Part shown: piece after piece, positions 1 through 13,085 of the stretch
Layout: every line of letters begins with the position of its first letter
Position numbering within the stretch: the stretch's first letter is position 1
Origin: Cenococcum geophilum
Taxonomy: Eukaryota
Direction: 5' to 3'
Assembly: GCA_050273025.1 (NCBI GenBank)
Contig: CP158635.1
Coordinates: forward strand, 8,370,001-8,434,000
Length of the DNA: 64,000 nucleotides
Notes under the pieces: model-generated
What the model saw: only the letters and a program-made list of their open reading frames with translations
What the model was told of the DNA's origin: nothing
The model's database searches: none
Translations under genes and position numbers: made by a program

Positions 1-3000
1 CTGTGGTCCAGTTTATAAACTACTTAGAAGAATTAGAAGACAATATACCCTACTTAGATCTATAGGATAACGCTATATAACTTCACCAGCTACTCGCTAA
101 GCTACGACCTAAGATTTAATAGGCCATATAAAAGAAGGGCGAAATTCCTACCTCTTAAAAAAAGCTTATCTCTAAAGCTACTTAGATTAAGAGTGCTAAA
201 AGAGACTATCTAGGCAAGTAAAAGGAACAAGACACTAATAATAAAGAGCATAGGACTAGACCTAGCTTTAATAATAGGGGTAGATTTCGACCTAACCGCT
301 CTATAGAAGGACAACATAAGTAGGCCTCACAGCCCTAGAGCAATGCTAATTAACCCTAAAATAATAATAGGCAAAGACCTAATCCGTAGGAGGGGAACCG
401 GGAGACATATACCTATTATAACTGCGGTAAGAAGGGCTATATAAGCCGCTTCTACCGGCAAAAAAAGTAAGAGTTAGCCTAATTGGGAAAAGAGATAGCC
501 TAGTAAATCTTTACTCCCTTATACTAGGCCAGTAAGAGAAAAAGGGAGTAAACTACCGCATAGTTATTCCTGTCTCTATTTAAGTTAATAATAAATAGGT
601 AACGTAAAACTGCCTTATAGATAGCAGCGCAAGTATAGGGTTTATTTCTTAATTACTAGTAAAAAAATTAGATTTGGACCTTAGCGGCTTATAAGTATGC
701 ACTATTTAAAGCATTAGAGGCCACTAAATTCCATACTATAGGGAATAGGCTTTTTCTATAGCTAGCTAGGACCGCAATAGTCTATAAGACACGCAGAAGA
801 TGCGCTTCTATACTATAGAAATTAAGGGGTACAACTTTATTTTAGGATACCTATGGCTTTACCAAGTTAATCCGGATATTAATTAGCCTTTAGCCTTATA
901 TTAACATTAGAAGTCTTAACCACGTATTATAATTAAAGATTAAGAGACTTTCTTAAACTATATATAAGAAGAAGGGTGGGTATATACTATATATACCACT
1001 CTTAACACTAAGAACGGGGATATAGGATATTTATTTTTAAATATCCGGCTATACACAGTCAAGGAACTAGAGATTTTATAGGAATATACAGACTTAGAGG
1101 ATATTTCTAGTAAAGAGGCTACATAAACCTTACCTAACCCTATATTAGTTAAGCACGAGATAGACATAGGGGATAAATAACCTCCTTTTAGACTACTGTA
1201 TAACCTATTAAAAAATAAGCTGGCGGTACTATGTTAATATATAGTAGACAATCTTTAGAGAGGATAGATTTAGCCCTCTATAAGCCTAGTAGGGGCACTA
1301 ATTATATTTATACCTAAGAAGGACGGAACCCTTTACCTCTATATTAACTATTAGGCGCTAAATAAGATTACTATAAAGAATTGCTACCTATTACCCTTAA
1401 TAGGGGAGCTTATTAACAGGCTATTAAGCGCAAAGATATTCATAAAATTAGATCTAAAAGATATATACTATCGAATCCGGATTAAAGCCGGCGATAAGTG
1501 GAAAACGGCGTTCTAAATATAGTATAGCCACTTTAAGTACCTAGTGATGCCATTTGGGCTTACTAACGCACCAGTGATATTTTAGGCCTATATTAATAAG
1601 GCATTATTAGGCCTATTAGACACAATATATATAGTCTACCTTAATAATATTATAGTCTACTCTAATAACTATAAAGTATATACGTACTATATATAAATAG
1701 TACTAGAAAGACTATAGGAATATAAGCTCTATATAACCCTAAAAAAGTACATATTCTATACTACTAGTATTAATTTTTTGGGCTTTATTATTAGTGTTAA
1801 TGGAGTATTAATAGAGAAAAGTCGGGTGGACGCTATTAGGGAATAGCCCTACTTTACGACATTTAGAGAAGTATAGGTTTTCTTAGGCACGGCGAACTTC
1901 TACTAAACATTTATTGTTTATTACTTATAAGTAATACTCCTAATTACCAATCTACTAAAAGGATCCAAGAATAGTAAGAAGTTAGAACCCTTTATATTTA
2001 GGGAAGCTGCTAAGTAGGCTATAGACCGGTTAAAGGATTTATTTATATTAGCGCCTATCCTAATACACTTCTACTAGGAGCTACACATATACCTTAAAAT
2101 AGATATATCCGGCTTTACCCTAAGGGCAATTATATCTTAATTAAAAGACGGAAAATGGTATCCTATGGCGTTTTAGTTAAGGAAAATAACCCCTATAAAG
2201 CAGCGTTATATAACATATAACTAAAAGCTACTTACAATAATCGCAGCAATAAAGCACTAGCGATATTATTATATAGGAAGCAATTATCCTATTAAAGTTC
2301 TTACAGACTATAACAACTTAGAATACTTTATAACTATAAAGGTATTAAGCGGTCAATAAGCGAGATAGGTAGAGGCACTATTATAGTATAACTTTAAAAT
2401 TACGTACCGCCTAGGGAAGATAAATCCTGCTAATAGGTTATTAAGATATCCAGATTATAAGATAGGGAGGATCTAGAACAGCATAGGGGAAATAATCCCT
2501 ATATTATAAAATTTACTTAAAAAGAAAGAAAACTCTTTCCCTAGAACTATAGAATTTCGTAGTAGGGCAGAAGTCCCAGCGATATAGCTGCGAAGCGATA
2601 TAATTATGGAGCCGTAGGATATAGTTATAGACTAGGTTATAGACTAAGTAGACGTTATAAAGTTAGCATACCCTAGAATTAGCGAGAATTCTATAAGATG
2701 TGCTAGAGGTATTGCGGCACCTTTAACTTAACAGCGTATTAGCTGTAAGTTTTCATATCTAAGGGGGATAGGCGAGATGCCTATCCGTAGTATAGCATAC
2801 TATATAACGGTAGGAGAATCTACTAGCACTAATAGTTCGAAACGTCTTATGCCACACCTTAAGTTTATAATAGCGGTAGGCGAAATAGAAGTAAGTAATC
2901 TATATAAAACCTTTCCGGATCTTCTTCTTTAAGCTTAATAAAGGGACGCCTTCGCCTTTAGGGAGAGGTGGAAAGATATAGTGGAGACTAACTTAGCTAA

Positions 3001-4929
3001 AGTTACTAAGAAGCTATAGTAGTAAGACTAAAAGGGTCTGTTGCGCTTTAAGGGTGCTATATATATCCTAAAGGACCAAGCAATTTAAGACAAAATTCTA
3101 AAGGTCTTCTACAATAACCCTTTTAGGGGTTACTACGGTGCTAATAGAACCCTTAAGGCTGTTTAAAGGAAATACTTTTAGGACGGAATATCTAAAGAGG
3201 TTAAGGACTATATATTAAGGTATAATACGTGCCAAAGGATATAGATATCTAGGCATCGCTTATACGGCAAGTTATTAGTGCTTCCTATTCCGCAGGGACC
3301 TATATTAGAATTAATAATAGATTTTATTATAGGCTTACCCCCTACTAAGATAAAAACTGGAGAGGTTGCTAATACTATCCTAGTAATTGTTAACAGGTAT
3401 ACAAAGTTTTTAGGATACTTTACTATTATAATAACAATTATAGTAGTAAAACTAGCAGACCTGTTTTTAGAACGGTAGCTCTCGTTTAGTATACTAAGGG
3501 GAATTATGTCTAATAGAGGTACCGTATTTAACAGTATATTTTAGTCTTTATTCTATCTCTTATTAAAAATATAGCGAAAAATAAGTACTACCTTTTACCT
3601 ATAAACAGACGGGCAAACAGAGTGTTTAAATGCGTTATTGGAACACTACCTCCGCTACTATATTAATTATCAACAGGATAATTAAACATTATGGTTGGCT
3701 TTAGCGCAGCATATATATAATATAAGCATCTACAGTAGTATAAAAATAACCCCTTATAAAGCATTGTTTGGGGTAAAAGCAAATAACCCCTAGAATGTTA
3801 AGGATATTATTCCTAAAAGAGAGGCACTAGTAGCGTCCAAAAGAATTAAGCAAATAAGAATTCGCAGAGAGGAACTTAAAAAGCACTTACTAGATACCCA
3901 GGCTATGCAAAAAAGGTACTATAACGAAAAACATATACTAAAAAAATTCGAGATAGGAGACGAAGTCTTACTATTTATAAAAAATATCTAAATAAAACGC
4001 ATTAAGAAGAAGCTAGATCACCAGTAGCTTAGACCCTTTAAGATAGTTAAGAAAACTAAAGGAAACTAAGCCTACAAATTAGAATTACTAAAATCTTATT
4101 TAATACATCCTATATTTTATGTTTCCTTACTAAAGCTATATTAGAGAAGAGATAGTACGGAACCGCCCCTACCTAGCAAAATTAATAGGGAACTAGAATA
4201 GAATATAGAAGACATTTTAGACTAAAAATAGCGCTAAAAAAAGCGCGAATTTTTAGTTTATTAGGAAGGATACTCCTAGGCGTATAATAGTTAGGAACCT
4301 AAGAAGTACCTTTAGCTAGAATACAACACCGCAATTAAAACCTTCCTAAGAACTAAAGGTAAAGACTTAGAAATAGTTCCGGATATACTATAGGTAAAGC
4401 AATAGGGAAAACCCCGCAAATTAAAACCATAGAATTAAGTATAGGCATTAAGAACGGAAACGTTTTGCTATTATAACAGGGATCCTAAAATCCTATAAGA
4501 GGAAGCCTATAGAGATCTATAGGAGAACCACCAGGGATACTGTTTAAAGAAGACGCTTTTTAAGAAGAAGTAGTAGTACCATAAGAAGTGGCCTTAGGGA
4601 TTTAGAAAGATCCCCTAGGGATAAAAGGAGAGTATCCGGCCTAGTACTAGAGATACGTAATAGAGTTAATAGTATAAAGAGGAGCAAAAGGACAGCCTAT
4701 AAAGAATTAGAAATTTTAAGAAATTATAAGGCACCTATAGGAATACTACCCGTTTATTATATATAGGGATTATAGTAGTATACTGCGTTTATATAGATTG
4801 TCACCGAAGCTTAGAATAAAGGCATCCCTAAAGTATAAAGTTAATTCCTAATAATAGGGCATCCTAAAGGTACCCGAAAGGTACTATATAAAGCTATTCT
4901 ATAAGAAAAAGGAAAGAGCTAGATAATAA

Positions 4930-5860
4930 CTTAAATACTAGCAGTAGTAATAGGAGCCTCCTCTTCTATCTTAATATTATTATTAACGGTATTATCGGCT
5001 CCTCTATCCCTAGAAGCATTAGCACTTCCACTAATATTCTTCTTAGAATAACGGGCACTAAAAGGACTAGCACAGGCGGGAGACTAGTAAGGAGAACGTT
5101 TATCTTAACCTTTGTCGCTATCCTTAGTGTCCCTAGGTTCCAAATCGGCGTCTAAGCAGGGATTAGAGAGATATTAGCTAAAGGAGTTAGCACAGTTCCT
5201 AAGTAAGTTACTAGAGAAACTTACCTGGCCAGAGTAGCCCGCGTAAGAATACGAATATTATTATTAATAAGGACGAGCTGTTCGCATATACGCTCCTAGA
5301 CACTATATATCTAAGAACGTTATATCTCTATAGTAGTGGAAACCCTTATAGAATTAAAGAGTCTATAAGTAAGGGAAGATACCTTCTATCCCCGCTTATT
5401 ACTATTAGGATATTAGCAGAAATCTTAGATAGCGCGTTAGAGCCTATAAGTCTTATATGTATAGACAGTGGGGATCTAGCATAATTAGCGAAATCTAGAA
5501 TAGGACGGAATGGGAAATACTAGGACGCAGGTTTTTCTCCTGCTGCGATAATAGGAGCACTTAGATTTATTTTCGCTAGAGTAAGGCATCTTACAGACGT
5601 GGGAAGGATCCTGCGTAAGAGCATAAATATAGCGATGATAGCATTTTAGGGAAACTACCGTAGGAGCAATAGACGCTATCTAGGGCGTTACTAGGAGATT
5701 AACGACACTGCCGCCGGTCTAGGGACGCGTAGAAGGACTACGAGCTATTATAAAAGAATACTTTAAGAAGTTAGCATCGTTATAAAAGATAAGGTGGGGA
5801 TCCTATTGCTTATAAACGCGTTAAGAAAAGATAATAAGGTAGTAATAGAAGTACGGCTAG
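4930..5860 (-). pseudogene. Antisense Cys-rich ORF inside gypsy family A (RIPed)
   Basis: Minus-strand frame at 5643-5523 reads KCYHRYIYALTQDPSHVCKMPYSSENKSKCSYYRSRRKTCV, where Tyr codons are plausibly RIPed Cys. Outer boundaries approximate. Confidence 0.5.
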
Positions 5861-6333
5861 AGATACAGAAGCTAAAAGGCGAGATGTAATAAAAACAGCC
5901 TGTTTAAGAATAAGATAAATAGTGTTGTTAATAGAAGGATAAGGAAAAGATGACAACTTATAAACAGAAAGAAATTAAAATAAAAGACGTTATTATTAAA
6001 GCCCATTTAGGTGAATAGGGTTAGTGGTTAGTTAACGCGTTACACCGGATAACCTTTAGATCTATTTATAACAAATTCCTAAAATTAGAGAGGTAAATCC
6101 CACCAAATTTTTATTACTATTATTAAAATCCTATTATAAAAGCACTATAAGGAGCTAGGGTAGGAGAAGAGCAGAGAAATAAAAGATAAAGTAAAGTTCC
6201 GCGCTAGTAAAGAGCTGGTAATAAGTCGCATTATAGAGTACCTTTCCACTAAGGGTTTCCCTAGTGGTTTTAGCTGTAAAAGCTTAGTAGAGGCGAAGTT
6301 TTAGAGAACTAAGACCTTAGGAGGGGAGGTAAT

Positions 6334-6652
6334 TGTAACGGAATCCCCTAGGAGGTATATATCCGATAAAACGGTAGGAGGTTTTATCTATGTCCCATCT
6401 ATATTCTAGAAGACATAGTTAGACAGGTTAGGGGCGAAAGGTTTTATTAGCGTTTTGGAAGGAATATATAGGAAGCTGGTTCCCCTCTAGAGAAGAACTA
6501 GCGATTAGTCTCTAAATAGAAGTGGTTAGAAGCATTTATCCTTTAATATATAAAACTTATTCTACCTTTAACTTACCTTTAACTTACCTTCTACTTACCG
6601 GTGACACTATTAATTAGATAATTATACGTTCCGGTCAGGCTGGCCTCTTACA
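6334..6652 (+). repeat. 3' LTR of gypsy family A
   Basis: TGTAACG...CTTACA, directly after the purine tract AGGAGGGGAGG. A homologous LTR lies at 47463-47806. Confidence 0.9.
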
Positions 6653-8916
6653 ATTGTAGTAGATACGCTATAACTATAACGCGGTAGAGGTCGCCTAAAG
6701 GGATTATAAAATTGCTAATATCTTATTAATTTTAAAGAGCAATTTATTGCCGCTATTAAGAATAGAGTTAAGCTATTAATGGCCTTTATAATAGCTAAGG
6801 AGAAGGCTAACTTTAAACTTGCAAAACAGCTTTAAAAGGAAGGTTATATTATAACTTTAAAAGCTCCTTTTTAAGTATCTAATAAGTAGGAGATCGATAG
6901 TCTTATTATAAGAGGAGTCTTTAAATTTAAGAAGTATAACCCTACTAAATTTAATAGAGTCCGCATCTTTAAGTTAAGAATGGTTAATAAGATTAAGGGT
7001 AAAGCTACTAATACCCTATTTAAGAAATTAAGGCTTATTATCTAAGGTTATAACAATAATAGTAAGGAGGTAATTCTTATATAATCTCCTATAATTTAAT
7101 AAGCTAGTTAGTAAGTTATTATTGCACTAGCTCCCTCCCTAATAAAGAATAAAATAGCGGTCTATTTATAAGATATTACTTAGGCCTACACCTAATTAGA
7201 GATACACCTTTAGCGCTTAATATTAGCATACCTTTTAGAGTAAATTTGCCACTAATATCCCAAAGATATAATTATAGTTGTGCTTAAGCCATTATATAGA
7301 ATCGCAGAGGTAGGAACTTACTAGTAGGCTACCTATAGTAAGTACTATAAAGAGAAGCTTTTAATAACTACTTTTATATTTAATCCCTACTTCCTTATTA
7401 TAACTACGGGAACTCTATTTAGAATTATTAGTATATAAATTAATAATATAATTATTTTAAGAGACAACCAGTTCCTAGCTCTTAAAGAAGATAAGCTAGT
7501 AAAGGTAAATCTTATAGTAAAGCTAAAGGAAAAGCTTAATTTAATAATACTATTACTCTTTAATAGATATATCCTTTCCCTAAATAAGGATTCTATTGCT
7601 TTATACTAGAAGGGTTAAGGTAAAAATATTAATATTATTAACGTTAATTCCCTAAAGCAAGGATATATGGAGTAACGTGCTTGTAAAGCTTATATTACTT
7701 TTATCTATTAACCTAAGGCTTTATTTAATCTCTCCGTTGCCGCTTAATACTAGGAACTAACTAAGAATAACGTTCTTGCCCTAAATAAACATCTTTTCTA
7801 GTAAATAAACTATCTTAATTGGGGACTACTTTATATGCCTATTAATCTCCCTACCGCTAAGCTCTTTATATTTATTAATGGATTATTTATAAATAATAAA
7901 GACTTTAGCTCCTAGTTAGGATATAAAATTATTATTATAAACAAATTTACTAGAGAGAATAACTTTATAATCTATAGCAATCTTATCTATTAGAGCTTAA
8001 CTAAGAGTAAGCGCGTTACCTAAAGTATTTTGGCGTTAGAGATATATAGAATAGTTAGCGGAGTTAATATAGTAATTGCAATTAGAACTACCCTAAAGAT
8101 AATTATAAATTAACTTAAACTTCTTATTATCCCTATAATTATATACACTAACTTATATTCCCTCTATAAGTATTTAGTTAAGCTTAGTATTATAAAGGAA
8201 AAGCGCCTTATAATTAATATTATAGTATTTTAGCAATCCTATAAGCGTTAAAAACTCTTTAAAATTTAATAGATTAATGGCTAAGATAACCTAGCGGATA
8301 TAATAATAAAGGTAAACCTAAATAAGGCACTAGAGACGTTTATTAATATAAATACTCTATGTATATAAGTTAAAGGTTAGGTTAAAAGGGAGTCCTTAGA
8401 AATTTCTTAGTTATATAAGGTCTTAAGATATCCAGGAACTTTAACTGGCGGTTAAAGTTGTTTAATTAGTTAGATTCTCTTACTAAGACTTTTTAGAAGG
8501 GGGGATTCTATAGACCCTAACTTAACTAAGCTAATTAGGATTTTCCATCCCCGGGATAGAAAATTGCTATTAGCTCGCTTACTACTAGTGCCTTAGTGGC
8601 CCTCTAAATAAGATACCTACCTATAACTCCTAAGTAAGAGAGCTACGTGCTAAGAGGCAAATTTTGGGATAGCGAGACTTATATTACAATAGCAATAGTA
8701 AGTGAAGAGGATTTATATATAGATGGCAACCATAAAAGAAGAGTTGCTAGTGTCGGGAATGAGGCAAGTTGCCATTACGTGTCGCCGCGGTACTAGCGTG
8801 GCGAGGAGCCTTAAGTTCCTCGCCCTTCCTTATTCCAATTAATAAGCTTTATTAACCAACATCACTGTAACCTACTCGAGTAGTTGTTATTGGTGAGTCA
8901 CCCTGTATGACTAACA
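6653..8916 (+). mobile_element. Ty1/copia-like element, 3' half (RT, RNase H, 3' LTR); RIPed, interrupted by gypsy A
   Basis: De-RIP motifs RGRGRPKG, KSRLIIQGY, DITQAYTQS, LKPLYGIAEAG, MQTDDT, FVDGSFANNKDFSSQLG, SKRVTRSVLASE. Confidence 0.88.
8751..8916 (+). repeat. Short copia 3' LTR (166 bp)
   Basis: TGTCGG...CTAACA termini after a purine-rich tract. Confidence 0.75.
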
Positions 8917-9680
8917 AATAGCTTAATAGCCGCTCCTTTTAGGTCACCCTTAAGTAACTTATTTTTTAGTAATTCTTTCTTAATACTCCTTAACCTAATT
9001 TCTTCTAATACTCTATTACCTTTATTATAGCGTTTTTTAGATTCTATAGTAGTTCCTAGGTAGTCTTATTATAGCCTACCCACTTAACTTTACACTATGT
9101 TTTATTGTTAATATCCTTATAATTAATAATCTTTAAAACTTCCTATTTATCTTCCTCTTGACCTCTATACGTGTCTGCTTTATAGATTAGTAATTTAATA
9201 TTTCTATATGCTGGTTTTAGTATCGCGATATACTATATAGGGTAGATCTTTATTTTCTCTAGTAAGTTAAGTCTATACACAACTTCTAAAATCTTTACTA
9301 TAATCCTAAATAGTCCTAGTTTAACGTAGTTTAATTTCTTACTTAGTCGTTAACTCTTAAAATTTTTATATAGTAGCTATACTTTATCTCCCTCCTTAAG
9401 ATCTAGTCCCTTAAATCTTTTAATATTATAGTACTTTTTTATTCTTTCTTATACCATTTTTGATAATTTAATAAGGTCTATATAAAGATTTATTAGTATC
9501 TTTATCCTTTCTTTAGCTATACTACCTATCTTTTTTACTTAATATAGTAATAATAATGTTCTTAGCTTATACCTATAATTTACCTTAAATAGTAATATTT
9601 CTATTCCTTCCTATAGCGCCGCACTATATATAAATTATATAACTAGTAATAACAATACCTAATTATTTGGTACATTATAT
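8917..9680 (-). mobile_element. Gypsy family B-related fragment (integrase C-terminus and chromodomain), RIPed
   Basis: Reverse complement aligns by eye with 23970-24660. Confidence 0.8.
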
Positions 9681-10500
9681 AAGGCCATATCCCTCTCTAT
9701 TCTTATATCTATTAACGGCGAGAATAATTAGCCTAACTTCTTTACTATAGTCTAGCTAAACTAATATAGGTATAGTAGTAATTATATACTTTAAAGTCTT
9801 TATAGTAGTAATCTACTCTATACCCTATATAAATAAAATATTTACTTATAGTAGTTAGAAGATTAGCTCTACTTTAATTATAAAGTTTTTTACCGATAGT
9901 TAGTAATATATAATAACTCCTAGAAATGCTTAGGCAGATATAACGTCTTTATAGCCCTTTTAGTAAATAATCTTTATAACCTTTAATTCTTCTAAATATC
10001 GCCCTTTTCTATCGTAGTAGTAGCTAACTACTATAATCTTATCTTTATAGAAATAAGACTTTACGCTTAAGATTATATATCTAGCTTATTCTAAATCTAT
10101 AAGTACTATATTTAGTTATATAATATATTCTAAAATATATCTATATACGCTTAAAAGGCTCTCTTCTCTATTATATACTATTTGTAGGTTTTTTACTATA
10201 ATATTATCTAGAAATAGCAAGGTATAGTATAGGATATATTATATAAGGATTTTAGTAATTATCTGCATAAACTAGGCTACTGAATTTATACCTTTTATAG
10301 GTACTATTATTTATTATAGAAGTCCTAAAGGTGTTATAAAGGCTATTAAGTTCTTTTTTTCTTCTATAGTAAGCTCTAACTAATTATAGCTAGAGAAGAA
10401 GTCTACTAGAGATATAACCTTATACCCTATAAATTCCTTAGAAAACTTATTAGTATACGGCGGCAGATTTACGTCTCTATTTATTACTATTATTATAGAT
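9681..10500 (-). mobile_element. Degenerate RT/RNase H fragment of another Ty3/gypsy lineage
   Basis: Minus-strand de-RIP reading resembles NLPP..DEFSEEF.G..VISLVDFFSGYDQ and TPLGLL...P.G.TNSVAQF. Internally deleted. Confidence 0.6.
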
Positions 10501-11280
10501 ATACTACGCGTATACACGGGCTATATTTTAATAACTAACTCTTATTACCTTATATCGCCGCATTGGCGCATATACGCCGTATATACCGCATATATAAACT
10601 AGAATATTTACAATTTAAAGATTAATAACTTTATATTTTCTATTTTATTTAAATATATTGTATATGCGTATGCTAAGCGTCCTCAAAAGCCGACCGTGGC
10701 CACGAAGCTAGCTTGCGAGCTCCGACCACGCCGAGTTTTTTCCTGTAGGCGAGCGCTCCGGAAGCGGTCCATTCCCACTTCTACATCTTGTTTTAACGAA
10801 TGAGGGAATGGATGTGTAGCGCACCAAGCCTATATTGAAACCGCCCCGCTCCGCTCAACGGCTAGCTAACACTCTCAAATGGAATGGCCTCACGGGCTGA
10901 CTGAGGCTTGGCAGTCGTCAGCCAGAACCTCAAACAGCATAAGCTGAGTCTTGGACACGCTGATATCAAGTCACTGAAGAAGAGATGATACTAGCTGGCC
11001 TTGTGTCCCAGAACACAAGACTTAGACTGCACCAATAAAAGACAGATGCGTAGCGGTCTGTGACTTTTGTCCTCAGTCGAACTTGCAGCGTGGGTTTCAA
11101 TAAGCGAATATTCAGCCAATAAAATATCGGCATTTGCCAATATTTGCAGCGCCAATATTAAATATTGGCAATAGTTTAGACCAAATTATTATAATAAAAG
11201 TATACTTATTCTAAAAAGAAAGATTATATAAATTATTGGCATATATTGGCAGTTTTTATAATAGTATTTTAATTTCTTGC

Positions 11281-12080
11281 CTGCACAAAGCTCTGCGCAA
11301 AGCTCTGTGTACGAAGGCTCTACGCGAAGCTCTACAGAGGCTCTACACAAAGCTCTACACGAAGCTCTGCACGAAGCTCTGCACGAAGCTCTGCACGAAG
11401 CTCTGCACGAAGCTCTGCACGAAGCTCTGCACGAAGCTCTGCACGAAGCTCTGCACGAAGCTCTGCACGAAGCTCTGCACGAAGCTCTGCACGAAGCTCT
11501 GCACGAAGCTCTGCACGAAGCTCTGCACGAAGCTCTGCACGAAGCTCTGCACGAAGCTCTGCACGAAGCTCTGCACGAAGCTCTGCACGAAGCTCTGCAT
11601 AAAGCTTTACACGAAGCTCTACATACGGAGGCTCTGCACAACGGCTTTGCGTACGACAGTTCTGCGTATAACGGTTCTGCGTATGACGGCTCTACTACAG
11701 AGACTCTATATAAAGCTTTGTGTAGATCTTCGTGTAGAGCTTTATACAGGGCTTCGTGCAAAGCTTTATACAGAGCCTCCGCAGAGCTTCCCGCGGAGCC
11801 TCCATATATAGAGCTTCGTATAGAGCTTTGTACAGAGCTTCGTACAAAGCTTCGTGCAGAGCTTTATACAAAGCTTCGTGCAAAGCCTCCGGATATAGAG
11901 CTTTGTATAGAGCTTTATATAGAGCTTAATTTATATAGAGCTTTATATAGAGCTTTATTTATATAGAGCTTCTATAGAGCTTCTATAGAGCTTCGTATAG
12001 AGCTTTATATAGAGCTTTATATAGAGTCTCTAGATGTAGGGCTTCGCGATTATAGGGCTTTTATATATAGAGCCTCTATA
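11281..12080. repeat. 12-bp minisatellite (GCACGAAGCTCT) with an inverted second half
   Basis: 19 perfect units at 11369-11596, degenerate 12/15-mers around them. From ~11720 the units read AGAGCTTCGTGC (the reverse complement). Confidence 0.95.
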
Positions 12081-12890
12081 TAATATAATAGCGTTTAATT
12101 AAAAATATATAACTACCTAGCTAATAAATATAAATTTTAAGTATTAAATTTACCTTATTATACTTTTAAATAGAGGTTTTATCTAGCTTTAAATAGCTAT
12201 ATAGTTTCCCTCTTATATATATACCTATATAGGCCTACTATATAAACCTTAATAGGAGCTATAATAGCGTAATTAAATATCTTATCTTATCTTATACTTC
12301 TAAATAATATATTATTTATTTATTTAATAAATAGGTATATTATTATTATTTATTACTTAATATCTAATTTAGATCCCTATTAGGCTAATATAGACTACTT
12401 CTTATATATATATAGGGAGAAAACTCTATTTAAGAAAACCCTATAATTCGTCTCTTCGCCTTTTAAGACTCGCCTATAAGTTATCTATAAGTTACTTATA
12501 GTACTCTACTACCTTACTTTTTAATCTCCTTAGGAACTACTACTGCCGTAATAAGCCTACAGACACGTTAGTATTATTTACTTTTAAGTTAATTAATTAA
12601 ATTATATAGTAGTAAGTTCTTTAATTAACGTCTGATACGGATCCTATCTAGGCCCACGCAGACTACTCCGTATACAAGGGAAACTTATAAATTAACAAGA
12701 AGAAAACCCTTGTTGATGTAGGGGACGGAAAAACCCTATAAGCTACCTCAGTAGGATAAAAAACCCCTGTTTTGCCATGTCCGTCCGTAGCGGCGGCCCT
12801 ACGGGCCTACAGCTACGTCCTGTCCTCCTTAGATGTTCGAACTTCTTGGGAACCACTGCTTCCTTCTCTAGCTTATCCCAGCTAGGGTTC

Positions 12891-13085
12891 TGTCGATCGG
12901 TAGTCCGTGCACCGATTGTAAGGTAAGATTGAGGACTCTGTCTATTCAAACTATGAAGGAAAAAGACTATATATACATGAGGTAGTACCCCCTACAGGGG
13001 TCCCTAGAGAATCGGTGAAACTAGATTGAAACCAGGTCGAGACAAATCTGAAGCTGATGTCTGACAGTACCCGTCACGGTCAATA
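12891..13085 (-). repeat. Copia 3' LTR
   Basis: 195-bp direct repeat of 25867-26061, differing mostly by G>A and C>T. Confidence 0.95.

Larger units (their letters stand above)
1..6652 (+). mobile_element. Ty3/gypsy chromovirus LTR retrotransposon, family A; RIP-inactivated, 5' end outside window
   Basis: De-RIP reading gives a gag knuckle CYNCGKKGHISRFC (~412-455), GGGAAAA at ~485, protease LIDSGAS (~613), RT motifs (KKDGTL, MPFGLTNAP, VYLDDII ~1633), RNase H, integrase (TAFHPQTDGQTE ~3590) and a chromodomain (~4195-4330). A PPT precedes the 3' LTR. Confidence 0.93.

Noticed and set aside
11369..11596. CRISPR-like array
   Set aside because: No spacers, pure tandem repeat, eukaryotic context.
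11189..11966. Long ORFs (HEAL)n, (CRAS)n, (LCTK)n, (QSFV)n
   Set aside because: Open in several frames on both strands simply because the 12-bp unit lacks stops. No evidence of a gene.
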